A DNA stretch of 64,000 bases from Octopus sinensis. Taxonomy: Eukaryota. The translations under genes were made by a program, and so were the position numbers. The notes below the pieces were generated by a model, which was not told where the DNA came from, did no database searches, and saw only the letters and a program-made list of their open reading frames with translations. Of this stretch, positions 12,995 to 25,986 are shown one piece after another. How positions within the stretch are numbered: position 1 is the stretch's first letter; each line of letters starts with the position of its first letter. Where the stretch lies: assembly GCF_006345805.1 (NCBI RefSeq), contig NC_043015.1:43586001-43650000 (forward strand). Direction: 5' to 3'.

Positions 12995-13418
12995 AATTTG
13001 CACTTCGTCTTTCGAGAAGGATGGAAGCGTATAAAACTGCTTACGATGGAGGCGTAATGAAAATTTGCAGAGTTTGAAGAGGTTATGCCATATGTGGCCT
13101 ACTCTGATGAGTTTTCAATTGAAAATAATTTTCTGAACCAGACGAGAAATTGCCATAAATTTGAACGAGCTTGTCAAAATCAACTGTTATGTTGCTGCAA
13201 CACAAATATTTGTTTAACTAGCTCAGCTGTAAATAATTTGTCTGAATGAGTGAAAGGTTGTGTGCGTTGATCTTTGCTTGCTTTGTGTTGTAAGTTTGCG
13301 ATAATATCGGATTGGTTTAATTGTCCAACGTCTATAGTAAAGGTTAGGTGTTTACATGCGTGAGAGGGGAACGTGAGCGAGACAGTTGTATAGGTAGAAT
13401 AACACACCGAGTGATAGG

Positions 13419-13710
<292 letters not shown>

Positions 13711-13711
13711 G

Positions 13712-14060
13712 ATAGATATGTTTCTTTATTAGCCACACAGGGCTGCACACAGACAGAACAAATTACAAGGAAGAGCTTTTCTTTTGGGGTAAAAAAAAAG
13801 GGGGTTGGTTTTCGATCAAAAGGGATCGTAAAGGGAAAGAAAGAGGACAAAAAAGGGGAGGATTTAAAAAAAAGGGGGGGCGGAGAAGAAAAAAAAAGAA
13901 AAGGGAAGAGGAAAAAAAAGTTGATCAATAGGGATCGTAATCACATAAATATCAATATGAAGTGTAAAGGGGAGGACAGGTGAGGTTTACCCGTGGAAAG
14001 AAAAACCTACGGAAAAGACCACGGTAACCTCGGTCAATGAAGTCACATGTTATATTATAG
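13712..14060 (-). mobile_element. Probable 3' UTR of a non-LTR retroelement inserted in (GATA)n
   Basis: Minus strand ends ...gtgtggctAATAAAgaaaca then (TATC)n; (GATA)n on both sides; no coding motif visible. Confidence 0.4.
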
Positions 14061-14201
14061 ATAGATAGATAGATAGATATAGATAGATGAGAGCAGTTAT
14101 ACTAGGGAATACAAACATTGCAGCAGAACGGAAACGGATTGTGTGTGTGTGTGTGTGTGTCTACATATATATATGTATATATAGGCGCAGGAGTGGCTGT
14201 G

Positions 14202-14970
14202 TGGTAAGTAGCTTGCTTACCAAACACACAGTTACGGATTCAGTCCCACTGCGTGGCACCTTCGGCAAGCGTCTTCTACTATAGCTTCGGGCTGACTAAA
14301 GCCTTGTGAGTGGATTTAGTAGACGGAAACTGAAAAAAACCCGTCGTTTATATTTATATGTGTTTGTGTTGTGTGTGTGTGTGTGTGCGCTTGAGAACCG
14401 ATGTTGGTGTGTCCGATGTTGGGGTCCCCGTAACTTAGCAGTTCGGCAAAAGAATCCGACAGGATTACAAAGAATAAGTCTTAGAGTCGATTTGCTCCAC
14501 TAAAAGCGGTGCTGCAACATGACCGCAGAGCTTAGGACTGAAACATGGAATCTATCTAATGGAAGCACTCCGTCGGTTACGACGATGAGGGTTCCGGTTG
14601 ATCCGAATCAACGGAACAGCCTGTTCGTGAAATTAACGTGTAATTGGCTGAGCACTCCACAGACACGTGCACCCTTAACGTAGTTCTCGGGGATATTCAG
14701 CGTGACACAGAGAGTGACAAGGCCGGCCCTTTGAAATACAGGTACAACAGAAACAGGAAGAAAGAGTGAGAGAAAGTTGTGGTGAAAGAGTACAGCAGGG
14801 ATCACCACCATCCCCTGCCGGAGCTTCGTGGAGCTTTAGGTGTTTTCGCTCAATAAACACTCACAACGCCCGGTCTGGGAATCGAAACCGCGATCCTATG
14901 ACCGCGAGTCCGCTGCCCTAACCACTGGGCCATTGCGCCTCCACAGGACTGAAACAATCAAAGGATAAAA
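14202..14970 (+). mobile_element. SINE-B interrupted near its 3' end by a SINE-C
   Basis: B head ggcgcaggagtggctgtgtggtaag; tail resumes at 14945 (aggactgaaacaatcaaaggataaaa). Confidence 0.8.
14546..14944 (-). mobile_element. SINE-C, full length, with 12-bp TSD
   Basis: TSD aggactgaaaca at 14534-14545 and 14945-14956. Confidence 0.9.
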
Positions 14971-15017
14971 CATGTGTGTGTGTGTGTAAGTTTCAGTGCT
15001 TGTGTTTCAGTATGCAT

Positions 15018-15210
15018 AAGGCGCATGGCTGTGTGATTAGAACGTCGAGATCACAATCATGAGGCAGTGGGTTCAATTTCCTGGCCGGGGCTTGTGTGTT
15101 CTTTAGAAGAACAATTTATTTCACGTTACTCTATAGAAAATGAGTTGCGACATCACCGGTGCCAAGGTGTACTGTCCACTCTACCTTTCACTTGGACAAA
15201 TAGAGTCTTT
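15018..15210 (+). mobile_element. SINE family D, 5' part, degenerate
   Basis: aaggcgcatggctgtgtgattagaacgtcgagatcacaatcatgaggcagtgggttcaatt...aaatgagttgcgacatcac, homologous to 59252. Confidence 0.6.
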
Positions 15211-15744
15211 ACCATTTACACCATTTAATACATACACACACACAAACACATACACACATTTCCATTGCAAAAAACAAACACTTAATGCTCTTAGCTTAGC
15301 TTTCATGGGTCATCACACACCACGCACAATCCTTGGTATATCATTCCAGTGTCAACCTATCTAATCCGTTATGATCTAGAGGGAGGGATTTCTACAAATG
15401 GAAGGGTTAGCCAGTAGCTATTTCATAAAGCTATGCAAATGCCTCGAGCTAAACATATGCCTGAGGCTATTCACCATTCCTGAAGCATTTGCGTATCAAA
15501 TTCTATACAAAATTTGCTACGAAAAGAAGCAATCTTATCTTATTTTTTCTGTAAAACACGATTTAAATATCAAGAAGAATATTGCGCGTCCTTTTACTAT
15601 TTATAATTGCTCCATCAGACAATAGAATGTGTACACTCTACTATTCTACATAATTCTTCAAAAAGCTTAGAGCTAATGTTGTTACACTATTGTGTAGATG
15701 GCCAGAATCATTTCCTGACCGGAACCCTGGGAAATGTATGGGAT

Positions 15745-16148
15745 CATAATGGGTTTAAACTTTGGTACAATGCCAGCAGGTTTGGGAAAAGGGATAAGCC
15801 GATTAAAATCACCCCAGTGCCCAACTGGTAATTATTTTATCGAACCTGAGAGAATGAAAAGCAAAGTCTCTCTTGGTGGAATTTGAACTCCGAACATATA
15901 GACTAGAGAAATACCTATTTCTTTACTACCCACAAGGGGCTAAACACATAGGAGACAAACAAGGACAGACAAACGAATTAATTCGATTATATCGACCCCA
16001 GTGCGTGACTGGTACTTAATTTATCGACCCCGAAAGGATGAAAGGCAAAGTCGACCACGGCAGAAATTGAACTCAGAACGTAACGGCAGACGAATTACGG
16101 CTACGCATTTCACCCGGCGTGCTAACGTTTCTGCCAGCTCGCCGCCTT
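15745..16148 (-). mobile_element. SINE-A dimer (young full unit plus older 5'-less unit)
   Basis: Junction aaagaaata|ggtatttc at 15914/15915; second unit clearly more diverged and with a different tail. Confidence 0.85.
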
Positions 16149-17009
16149 TCCCTATGTCATATATTCATAGGAAAGACAAGTTACACTTCGTACGCTGTGA
16201 TGAATCCTCATGTAGTTGTTCTTTTTTTATATTCCTCGTCGAATCTAAGTCAAGCTGCTTTTTGTTTAGTCATGTCTTCATTTTACTACAGTTTTTCTTC
16301 TCAGACAACATTAGCAGATATCGACTATGTATCAGCTGTGAACTCACTGTAAAAATATATATTGATTTATCTTGTAATTGTTGATGTCGATGAAAATCTA
16401 GGAATGCTTGCATGACGCAATATGCTTATAAACTTCAATGATAGCAAAATTATCAAATTATAAAATCTATTCCTCATTATGGAAGATTTTCCCCTCCACA
16501 AATAGGAACGATATGATTAAACATACCTACAGCAAAATCTTTTGTGTAATCTGGTTGATTTTATTTCTCATATCCAAACTTGCAATATTTTCTGACTTAA
16601 ATTCAAAATTGGTGGACCAGTTTAGCTGCAATTTTTAATATGATCCTAGATATTGATCCTTTCGGGGTCGATTAAATAAGTAATTAAATAAGTAATCAAG
16701 TAGGAACATTTGAGTTTGTGAAAAATTTTAAAGTGATACAGCAAAATAAATTTCATTTTTGAACTCAGCATCCCAAATTACCGGGAAACTTGTCTCCAAC
16801 ACCAGGCATCAAAAATCAATCCCCACAACCACCAATCTATACCTTAATGAAATATATAAACTAAATATGATTGTTGAATGCCATATCATGGATATCAGAC
16901 TGGAACTGATGGCTTGTCTTGAAACAATATACATGTTTTAGCACTAATGAATGTGAAACTAGCCGTCAGGGAAACCTGTTATTTGGCGGTAAAAAATTCG
17001 CACCTGACT

Positions 17010-17338
17010 ACACGTGCACATGTATACACACATACATTCATGCATACACGAACACACACACGCACACACACAAACTAACACGCATACATGCACACATTTC
17101 TTTTTGTTTTATATACATACATGTATATATATATATATACATGTGTGTCTATATATATACATAAATATACATACATATATATATATATACATGTATATAT
17201 ATATAAATGTATATATATATATATGAATGAGTGTCTATATATATACATAAATATACATACATATATATATATATATACATGTATATATATATAAATGTAT
17301 ATATATATATGAATGAGTGTCTATATATATACATAAAT

Positions 17339-17369
<31 letters not shown>

Positions 17370-17387
17370 CATGTATATATATAAATG

Positions 17388-17485
<98 letters not shown>
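17010..17485. repeat. (TA)n-derived minisatellite (about three higher-order repeats containing gaatgagtgtctatatatatacataaatatacatac)
   Basis: Seen directly. Confidence 0.85.
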
Positions 17486-18291
17486 CCAAACAGTGTGATA
17501 CGTGAGGCGAGAGAAGTCATATACGTTACACCTCGATAAGCAGTGTTCTGTGGCTAGTTAAAATTAGTGACGAAGTCAGCCAAATTTTGTGTTAATGAAG
17601 TTACTGAAAGAGAGATTATTGAATGTGGAATATAAAGAGAATATGGATATAATTTCATAGGCGCAGTTGTTTTTGTATGTTAACAAGTTTGCATCCCAAC
17701 CACATGGTTCTGGGTTCAGTCCCTCTTCGTGGGCCCTTGGATGAGTTTCTAGGATAACCTCAGACCAACCAAAGCCTTTTTTGTATAGCCTTGACAGTCG
17801 TCATATATATATATATATATATATATGTGCGTGTGTGTGTGTGTGTGTATTTGTGTATGTATGTATGTATTTGTTTGTCTATCTGTCTATCTGTCTATCT
17901 ATGATAGCCGGTTTTGGTGCCCCACCATGGCTGCAGTCTAGTGGTACAGCGCACGCCCCCAAACTACAAAACTACATACACATGTGCATATATATACATG
18001 TATGGATACGCAAAAACAAACACTTAATGCAAGCACATACATATGCAAATATATAAACATTAAACTACTAAAATATCTTAAAACTTGCAACAAACTATTT
18101 TGCCAGGCTTCCTTGCTCATTGCCCGAAACATAAATGCCTACACATATACATGCATAGACGCATGCATACATACTTATACAATAAATTATCTCCCACGTT
18201 TATATATATAATATATATATATATATATGTACAAATCACACATATAAATATATATACAAAAACAACTGTATACATACTCACACGCATATAC

Positions 18292-18357
<66 letters not shown>

Positions 18358-18475
18358 CGTATGATATATTACATATAATATTACACATGCATATAAATAA
18401 TATATTTATACATATAGACATATTAAACATAATATAACATACACCCCCCACACACAAAATACACACACAAACACA

Positions 18476-18547
<72 letters not shown>

Positions 18548-18957
18548 GATTTGGTGTGAAATTCTAGTGCGCAAAGTGAAATATATATCAAAACTTTTTA
18601 CACGAAGCAATATAGTTTTTCTACTCCATTTTCCACACACATCTCTTATATGTATCGGACTCTTTCTCGGACCAAAATTAATTTGATCAACAATTTATTA
18701 GTCCATGTCATACGATCCATGGGTTAACTGCATACATATTCTATCAATGAGTAATATAACATATTCTATTCAATTTATTTCCTCTTGATAATTATTTTCC
18801 CTATAAACTCGAATAACATCTACTGATATTTCATTAAATCACGCTGATAGACGTTCCATTCCCCAAATGGTTTCTTTTTCTAAGAGTATTTTATGTCGAT
18901 GTAACCCTATATAACGTAGTATCATGCCCACAGCGACCATTATCATTATTATTATTA

Positions 18958-19021
<64 letters not shown>

Positions 19022-19204
19022 AAGCCATTACATGCTAATTTAATTCGGAGAGATATTATTCTGACGTTTGGTGACAAGTCTCCTAGAATATCGAGAAAGT
19101 TCATGAAGATATTTGCAGAGTATAAGATTGCGTCTTCCTACTAGTTGACTGTCATGTTTCGATCCCAACATCCTCCAGCTTCTTTGCCAGCCTTTTGGAT
19201 GATG

Positions 19205-19360
19205 GGCGAAATGCTTAACGGTATTTCGTCTGCCGCTACGTTCTGAGTTCAAATTCCGCCGAGGTCAATTTTGCCTTTCATCCTTTCGGGGTCGATTAAA
19301 TAAGTACCAGTTACGCACTGGCGTCGATTTAATCGACTTAATCCATTTGTCTGTCCTTGT
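19205..19360 (+). mobile_element. SINE-A, truncated
   Basis: gggcgaaatgcttaacggtatttcgtctgcc...gagttcaaattccgccgaggtc... Confidence 0.8.
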
Positions 19361-19594
19361 ACACGCGTATTCATATATGCATATGTATGTATGTATGTAT
19401 GTATGTATATGATTTTAAAGATTGTAGGTGGCACACGAGTGGGCATATATTTGTAAAAGAAAAGTTTGAAAACGCCACTATATAAGATAAATTATAGAGA
19501 GAGAGAGTGTGTGTGGAAGAGAGGGAAGGAAGATATACATATATGTAGATAGATAGGTAGATATAGATATAGATATATATATATATATATATAT

Positions 19595-19645
<51 letters not shown>

Positions 19646-19987
19646 TATAGATAGATAGATAAAAGAATGTGTATGAGTTTATGAAGGCGAGATATTTTTT
19701 CTGTCTTTTGCAAACATTGCAAAATATTAGTTGCACGATGAGCGAAGCTAACAAACTTCATTGAAAGCTGATAGGTTCACTAAACATGTTGATAAATACA
19801 CTCTATGTAATCTAGGAGGAAATTGATGCTGCATTTGATATGTAAAGGTATCCAATTTAGCCTTGACGGCATCTCTGAATTAAAGCACCACGATAAAGTG
19901 GGAGAACGTCGAAGAGAAGATAAGGCTGGGCGAGAGTGAAGGAGGAAGGACACGAGAAGCCATTAGTTGCTAGATTTGCAATGTTGA

Positions 19988-20410
19988 AAGTTCTTTGTGT
20001 TCGACATTTAAAGATGTAGTTGAAATCTTGGCTTAAACTCACTGAAATGCATTTTACGATTTTATTACAGAACAGAATGTACGCAAGTTGTTTATTTGAA
20101 ATATATAAATCGATAGATGCTAACAGTGAAATTGCCTTCGCGTGTGTGCGTTTACGTGTGTGGTTTCTTGAGGTGCTAGAAATAGTTACAAAATCATGGC
20201 TGTGTGATTAAGTCCTTTGTGTTCGACATTTAAAGATGTAGTTGAAATCTTGGCACAAACTCACTAAAATACATTCTATAATTTTTTTACTGAGTAAAAT
20301 ACACATAACTAGTTTACTTGAAATAAATTGATCGATATAAGCTAAAAGATTAACATACTTTCACGTGTGGTGTTTAGGAAGCGTTAACCCGGTTGCTAGA
20401 AATAGTAACC
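19988..20410. repeat. Imperfect tandem duplication, unit about 222 bp
   Basis: ctttgtgttcgacatttaaagatgtagttgaaatcttggc occurs near 19990 and again near 20212. Confidence 0.75.
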
Positions 20411-20479
20411 AAATAGCTAGTTGTTGGAGGTGTGGCTGAGCTGGCATTTTGCGATACTTAGAAGCGATAATATAAAGGC

Positions 20480-20860
20480 AGCAAGCGTCCAGAATCGCTT
20501 GTGTGCTCGGCAAAATGCTTAGAAGCATTTCGTTACCCTTCACATTCTGAGTTCAAATTCTACCGAGGGCGACATTGCCTTTCATCCATTTGAGGACAAA
20601 AATAAGTACTAGTTGAGTACCGAGGTTGATGCAACCGATTTGCCACTCCCCTGAAATTGCTGGCCCTATCCCGAAGTTTAAAATCAGTATAAAAGTGGCG
20701 AGCTGGCTTTACATTTCGAGTTCAAATTCCGCCGAGGCCGAATTTGATCTCAGCGGAAGTTTTTTGCAGTCGATGAAATAAGGACTATCTGAGTCTTTGC
20801 AATCGACCGGTCCGTTCCCAAAGATTTAGGACATTGTGCCTATAGTAGAAATGTTTATCC
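20480..20860 (+). mobile_element. Two degenerate SINE-A copies
   Basis: Two ttctgagttcaaatt / ttcgagttcaaattccgccgagg cores with diverged flanks. Confidence 0.55.
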
Positions 20861-20873
20861 ACACATACACACA

Positions 20874-20921
<48 letters not shown>

Positions 20922-21003
20922 AATAATTCTTCAACACGTATGTTGTTGATAGCCGCTTCAAAGCGTCGGCCAGCTGACCCATCTGTCCCATCGTCGGGCT
21001 GCA

Positions 21004-21039
<36 letters not shown>

Positions 21040-21064
21040 TATACATATATATATATATAATATT

Positions 21065-21097
<33 letters not shown>

Positions 21098-21511
21098 GAA
21101 TATATGTATATATACATATATATATAAATATTTATATATATATATAAATATTTACATATATATATATATATATATATGGTGCGATATGAACATTTAACGT
21201 GGTTTTATAGTCAGAGTTTCGACTGCTATTTCGGCATGTTGGTGTGTTTTAGACACCCTCATTTTTAATTATATATATTATATATATATATATGAATATA
21301 TGTATATATACATATATATACATATATATATATAAATGAATATATGTATATATACATATATATATATAAATATTTATATATATATATATATATTGTTGTA
21401 TTTAGGAATGGTCATTTTGCCAGTTTAGCCAATAAAAACACACGCACTATATATTTGGTGTTACTTTGCTTCAGTGTTATTTATTTTTTACATTAATCTT
21501 AATCTTATTTC

Positions 21512-21556
21512 GGCCAGAGTTCTTTCGTCACACTCCTGTGACCGCATCAGTGGGCC
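21512..21556 (-). ncRNA. Hammerhead ribozyme-like motif (family H3), probably inactivated
   Basis: RC: GGCCCA-CUGAUGC-G-GUCAC(AGGAGU)GUGAC-GAAA-G-AA-CUC-UGGCC; perfect 5-bp stem II, stem I CCA/UGG, A9>C. Confidence 0.55.
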
Positions 21557-21636
21557 TTTGTTTTCTTCTTACTTATTTGTGTCTCTCCTTACTAACCGGT
21601 TAGTATATATATATATATACATTTATTTATATATAT

Positions 21637-21677
<41 letters not shown>

Positions 21678-21689
21678 GCTGAAATTTAT

Positions 21690-21830
21690 AGAAAGACAAA
21701 AGACGAAGACAGATGTATGAACAACAAGCCAGTGTATTGGCTTGACGCTCGGGAAAAAATGAAGTTTTTTTAAGTTTCGAGCCTGCGCTCTTCAACAGAA
21801 TGGACGAGAGAGACAGAGGGGGAGTGTAAA
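21690..21830 (-). mobile_element. Short repeat with hammerhead-like motif (family H2)
   Basis: RC: CTGTTGA-a-gagc-gcag-gctc-GAAAC-TTA; homologous to 7780-7925. Confidence 0.5.
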
Positions 21831-22009
21831 AGACTTGTAGATTTCAGTGGTCCAGCCTATATATGTTGGATGTGTTGGAATAATGCGTTCAGTGTAATCT
21901 ACTTCGGAATGCTGAAAGTATTTTTTAAATTATATAATATAAGGATATTTTTAGACGTTACCTACCCCGAGGAATACTTGCGGGCGCAGCAAATTATTAT
22001 TCTTGTTGT

Positions 22010-22205
22010 TGCTAAGGCGACGAGCTGGTAGAATCGTTAGCACGCTGGACAAAATTCTTAGCCGCATCTAGACTGTCTTTACGTTCTGAGTTCAAATTCC
22101 TCCTTTCGGGGTAGATAAAATAAGTACTAGTTACGCACTGGGGTCCATGTATCGACTCACGCCCTCCTTCAAAATTTTCCGCTCTTGTGCCTGTAGTAGA
22201 GAGAA
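22010..22205 (+). mobile_element. SINE-A, internally deleted, tail type 2
   Basis: Head taaggcgacgagctggtagaatcgttagcacg; tail aaaattttccgctcttgtgcctgtagtagagagaatt. Confidence 0.7.
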
Positions 22206-22721
22206 TTATTATTGTTTTTACTTTTAGTAACATTAGCAAGAGGAGGAAGAGAGGGAGGGGGCGATGGCGAAGCCGCAGTAGTTATAGAATTAGACAATAT
22301 AGGATGCTTATATACAATGAAGAAGAATGAGGCATGAGACAAAGCTATTGTATATAAAGACGTTAATGAAAGGACAAAACGAGAAGATACTTAAAGAGCA
22401 ACAATTATAAATATTCAACACATCTGACACTGAGATTAACTTTCCACTCAAGTAGAAAATATGACCTTCATCTGCAACGAACGTTTTCAGAAATACAACA
22501 ATTCCTTTGCGACATATTCTACCAGAAACGCATAGATTTTAAGTATGTTATAACAATAAATATATATATAAGCGCTACTCATATGTGTAGCTTTATTGTC
22601 AGAACAATAGAGTTTATTGCCTCGTTTATTAGCTGTACAACGTTTAACTTAATTACAGATCTTTTAGTAAAGATATTATTTATTATGTCTTGTAATATTC
22701 TTAAATGGGATGTTGTTATTG

Positions 22722-22948
22722 TGAGCTGGCAGAAACGTTAGCACGCAGGGCGAAATGCGTAGCCGTATTTCGTCCGTCGCTACGTTCCGAGTTCAAATTC
22801 CGCCGAGGTCGACTTTGCCTTTCATCCTTTCGGGGGTCGGTAAATTAAGTACCAGTTTCGCACTGGGGTCGATGTAATCGACTTAATCCGTTCGTCTGTC
22901 CTTGTTTGTCCCCTCTATGTTTAGCCCCTTGTGGGTAGTAAAGAAATA
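22722..22948 (+). mobile_element. SINE-A, near full length
   Basis: A-box-like tggcagaaacg, B-box-like gagttcaaattcc, tail gtgggtagtaaagaaata. Confidence 0.9.
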
Positions 22949-23489
22949 TATTAAGATGGTAATTTCTTATACCAGTAACCGTCTATTTGAAATTTATCAT
23001 TTTATCCTTACCTACATTTTTATTCATTCATTCTTCTGTTTGACTCGGTCACTGGATTGCGACATTGATGTGACCAGCGCCTAGAAGGGATTGGTCCCTA
23101 CGAAGCGACGCAAAGCAGTATTGTACTTTTCTGTTTAAGTTTCCTTTTTAAATCTAGTACTTAGTCTGTGTTTACCCTTTTGCCGTATTATTACGTTACA
23201 AGGGTGTAAACAGTGAGACACAAAACCAAACACATACATACACACATATTACTGTCTCTCTCTCTCTCTCTCTCTCTCATTATGCATATACATGCACATA
23301 CACCTATACACACAAACACACACACACATATACGATATAAATGGCAATTTCTGGCTGTCTGCTTGTCAACATCCCAGTGCCTAAATCAGTGAACCAATAT
23401 TCACGAAACTTCGCACACATGTTATACAGCTACTCGTTCAGGAGTGTTATGTCATCCAGTTCGAAAAAAGAACCTCATGCATGCTTTTT

Positions 23490-24450
23490 CGGTCCTGCTA
23501 AAATATTTGAAATCCCCTCCACATAACCCGACGTAATTCTTCTTCTCAGTTAGGCTATCTTGAAGCGTTGCTGTTACTTCTGCCTCTTTTATGAGGGATT
23601 TTATCCTACATCCTACAAGTGGGAAAGCTTTAGGATCTCGACAGTTACAACTGGATGTGGGACCTTGGAGACGTGTACGAATTATAATGTACTTCCAACT
23701 GGTGTAGCAGCCGTATGATACTTTTATCAAGTGTTTTTAAAAACCTTCCTGTATTTGTGATTATTGAGAAATTCTTAAGAAAAAGACACAGGAGTTTCTT
23801 AACTCCGTTACTTCGAATATTGAGGAAAAAATATAGTGGGGAGGTGAATCAAATCATTTTTGTAGGTCTACTTTTAAATGTTTTATGATTCATATTTTTA
23901 CTTGAAGAGTTGTAATACATCTTGTCTTTGAAACCGCTGTTAGCTTGGGCCTTATTATTGTAGAAGGCTGCCTTATCAATTTTTTTCTTTACAAGTACCA
24001 AGATTTAATATCCTATTAGTAATTCTAGCTATCAGGTTTTTAAACACTATAGCGGGTGACAGGAGATTTTTGTATATGTTTGGCTTATGGTATGGTTTGT
24101 AATAATCCAATTTATCTTTTCCTCAAACACTGACAAAAATCCGCGTGGAATGTTGATTACAAGCTTTAAATCTGAGATTGAAATCTTTTCTTAAGAACGT
24201 CTTAAATACTATCAGTTTAATATTTGGAATGAAACTAAAGACTTTAATCAGGATTCACCATGGCTAAAGATAACAACAAAAGGAAAATTGTTATTACGAT
24301 CAACAATAAACATTATATTGTCTATACTGAAAATTTCACCAAAGCTGTTTTATTTATATAAAGTTATTTGAAATATGTTAACACTCCTTTCTTTCACTCT
24401 GCTTGTTCATCAATGGCTACGCTTTTTTGGAATTGCAACAATTTGGATAA
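23490..24450 (-). pseudogene. Penelope-like element fossil (RT C-terminus/thumb plus GIY-YIG endonuclease)
   Basis: Across frames: YKPYHKPN, KNLIARITNRILNL, DKAA..NSGFKD, NHKYRKVF..IKVSYGC, CNCRDPKAFPLVGCRIKSLI.EAEV..KKNYVGLCGGDFK; matches the PLE pattern KPYRKPN..VSYSC..CNCR..CPL..YIG. Confidence 0.85.
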
Positions 24451-25175
24451 AATTGATTCTGACACCTTATATAAAGTATATACGTAATGTTTAAGCAAAC
24501 AATAGATCTATAGTTTTCTGTCAAGACAGTGTTTGCAATTTTGTCTGAAAGATTTTAGCTGCGCTATAGCAAACAAATTTTGTGTATCGATCTGGCTGTC
24601 TTCCAAAAATGCATATGTGTGTGACTTTTTGAGAAACATCGTGAATACGTTCCACCAATATCTTACTATAAGCACTTTCCTCTGGTTCTTTCCTCTGACG
24701 CAATTATTGCAAATCGTTGTTAAAAGCTTCAGGATTAATTTTTTTTGTTTTTGGTTCTTACTTGTTTCAGTTACTGACAGCCAACATGCTGGGGCACCGA
24801 CATGAAGGGTTTCTGCCTAATAAACCAACGCCAGTATTTGTTTTTAAGTCTGATACTTAAAAACTTTTTGCAGAACTTCTAAGTTACGGAGACATAAACG
24901 AACTAATAATACGAAGACAGACACACTCAAATACACGTGTGTATTATATATATATACACACACACACATACTCACACACACACACATACACATACACATA
25001 TATATATATATATATATATATATGCATATACACAGACATAGAGGACGTAAATAGACTTTAATTTTCAAAATTTCTTCTCTACGCGTCTTAATGTTTTCAG
25101 CGGTGTAGAATTTATAATGTAATTATTCTTTTTCATTCCAGGTGGCATGATATTAAACATCTGCGAAGAGTAACC

Positions 25176-25555
25176 ATGCCACGCACAAACAATTCAGCAG
25201 AAATATCAGATTTTCAAAGAGGTCGTATTGTTGGACAATCTGAGGTTCCTCTTAAGCAGCGAAAAATTGCCGAATGTCTCCAAATTCTTCTTGCTGCTGT
25301 TAATAGAATTATACTGCAATTCAAAAGCCAAGAAAAAGAATCAATAGATTCTCGTCCCGGCCAACCGGGGCTCTCGGAAAGGAAGCTTCGCTGCTTGAAG
25401 AGACTTGTGGAAAATGAACCCCGTTCGAAGGCCTTTTGACATTGCAAAACAGCTAAAAGTTAGTTCAAGAACGTGTGTTACATATCTGCATAAAATTGGG
25501 TATTATGGACGAGTAGCTAGAAGAAAACCTCTCCTTCAACCGATTAATATCAAAT
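25176..25555 (+). pseudogene. Tc1-family transposase, N-terminal fragment
   Basis: MPR..EISDFQRGRIVG..SRPGQP.LSERKLRCLKRLV, then frameshifted YLHKIGYYGRVARRKPLL; no catalytic domain or TIRs found. Confidence 0.8.
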
Positions 25556-25606
25556 AAAAGATATTGAAAATTAAACGTGTCTATTTACTTCGTGCATGCC
25601 TGCGTA

Positions 25607-25681
<75 letters not shown>

Positions 25682-25939
25682 AGAAGGTGAATGAATTATC
25701 CTTGTATGGATTATTCGGTTAAGCAATACCTGGGTAGCAAATTCAACTGTGGACATCATGTGGGCAGTCATCTAAAAGTTTTTGCTCTTCATGGTGCTGA
25801 CATAAGTTCCTTGTCTTTCCTGATGAGATGGCGGCATAATGCACCCTTTATTCCTACGGAATTAGGAATATGCAGTCTTCGAAACATGTGTCGAGAGTAA
25901 AGGAATTTTGTTAAAATCGTCGTTCGACTCCATTCATTC

Positions 25940-25986
<47 letters not shown>

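Noticed and set aside
13103-13130. CTGATGAG...GAAA resembling a hammerhead core
   Set aside because: No convincing stem II or stem I
14675-14860. Recurrent ORF MFIERKHLKLH... (also 12608, 27064, 34616)
   Set aside because: Reading frame within SINE-C copies; recurrence reflects the repeat, and the frames break differently between copies
14870-14944. tRNA-like sequences at SINE heads (also 12994, 27333, 34983, 51754, 59252)
   Set aside because: A/B boxes are present, but they run into SINE bodies and I see no complete cloverleaf; not tRNA genes
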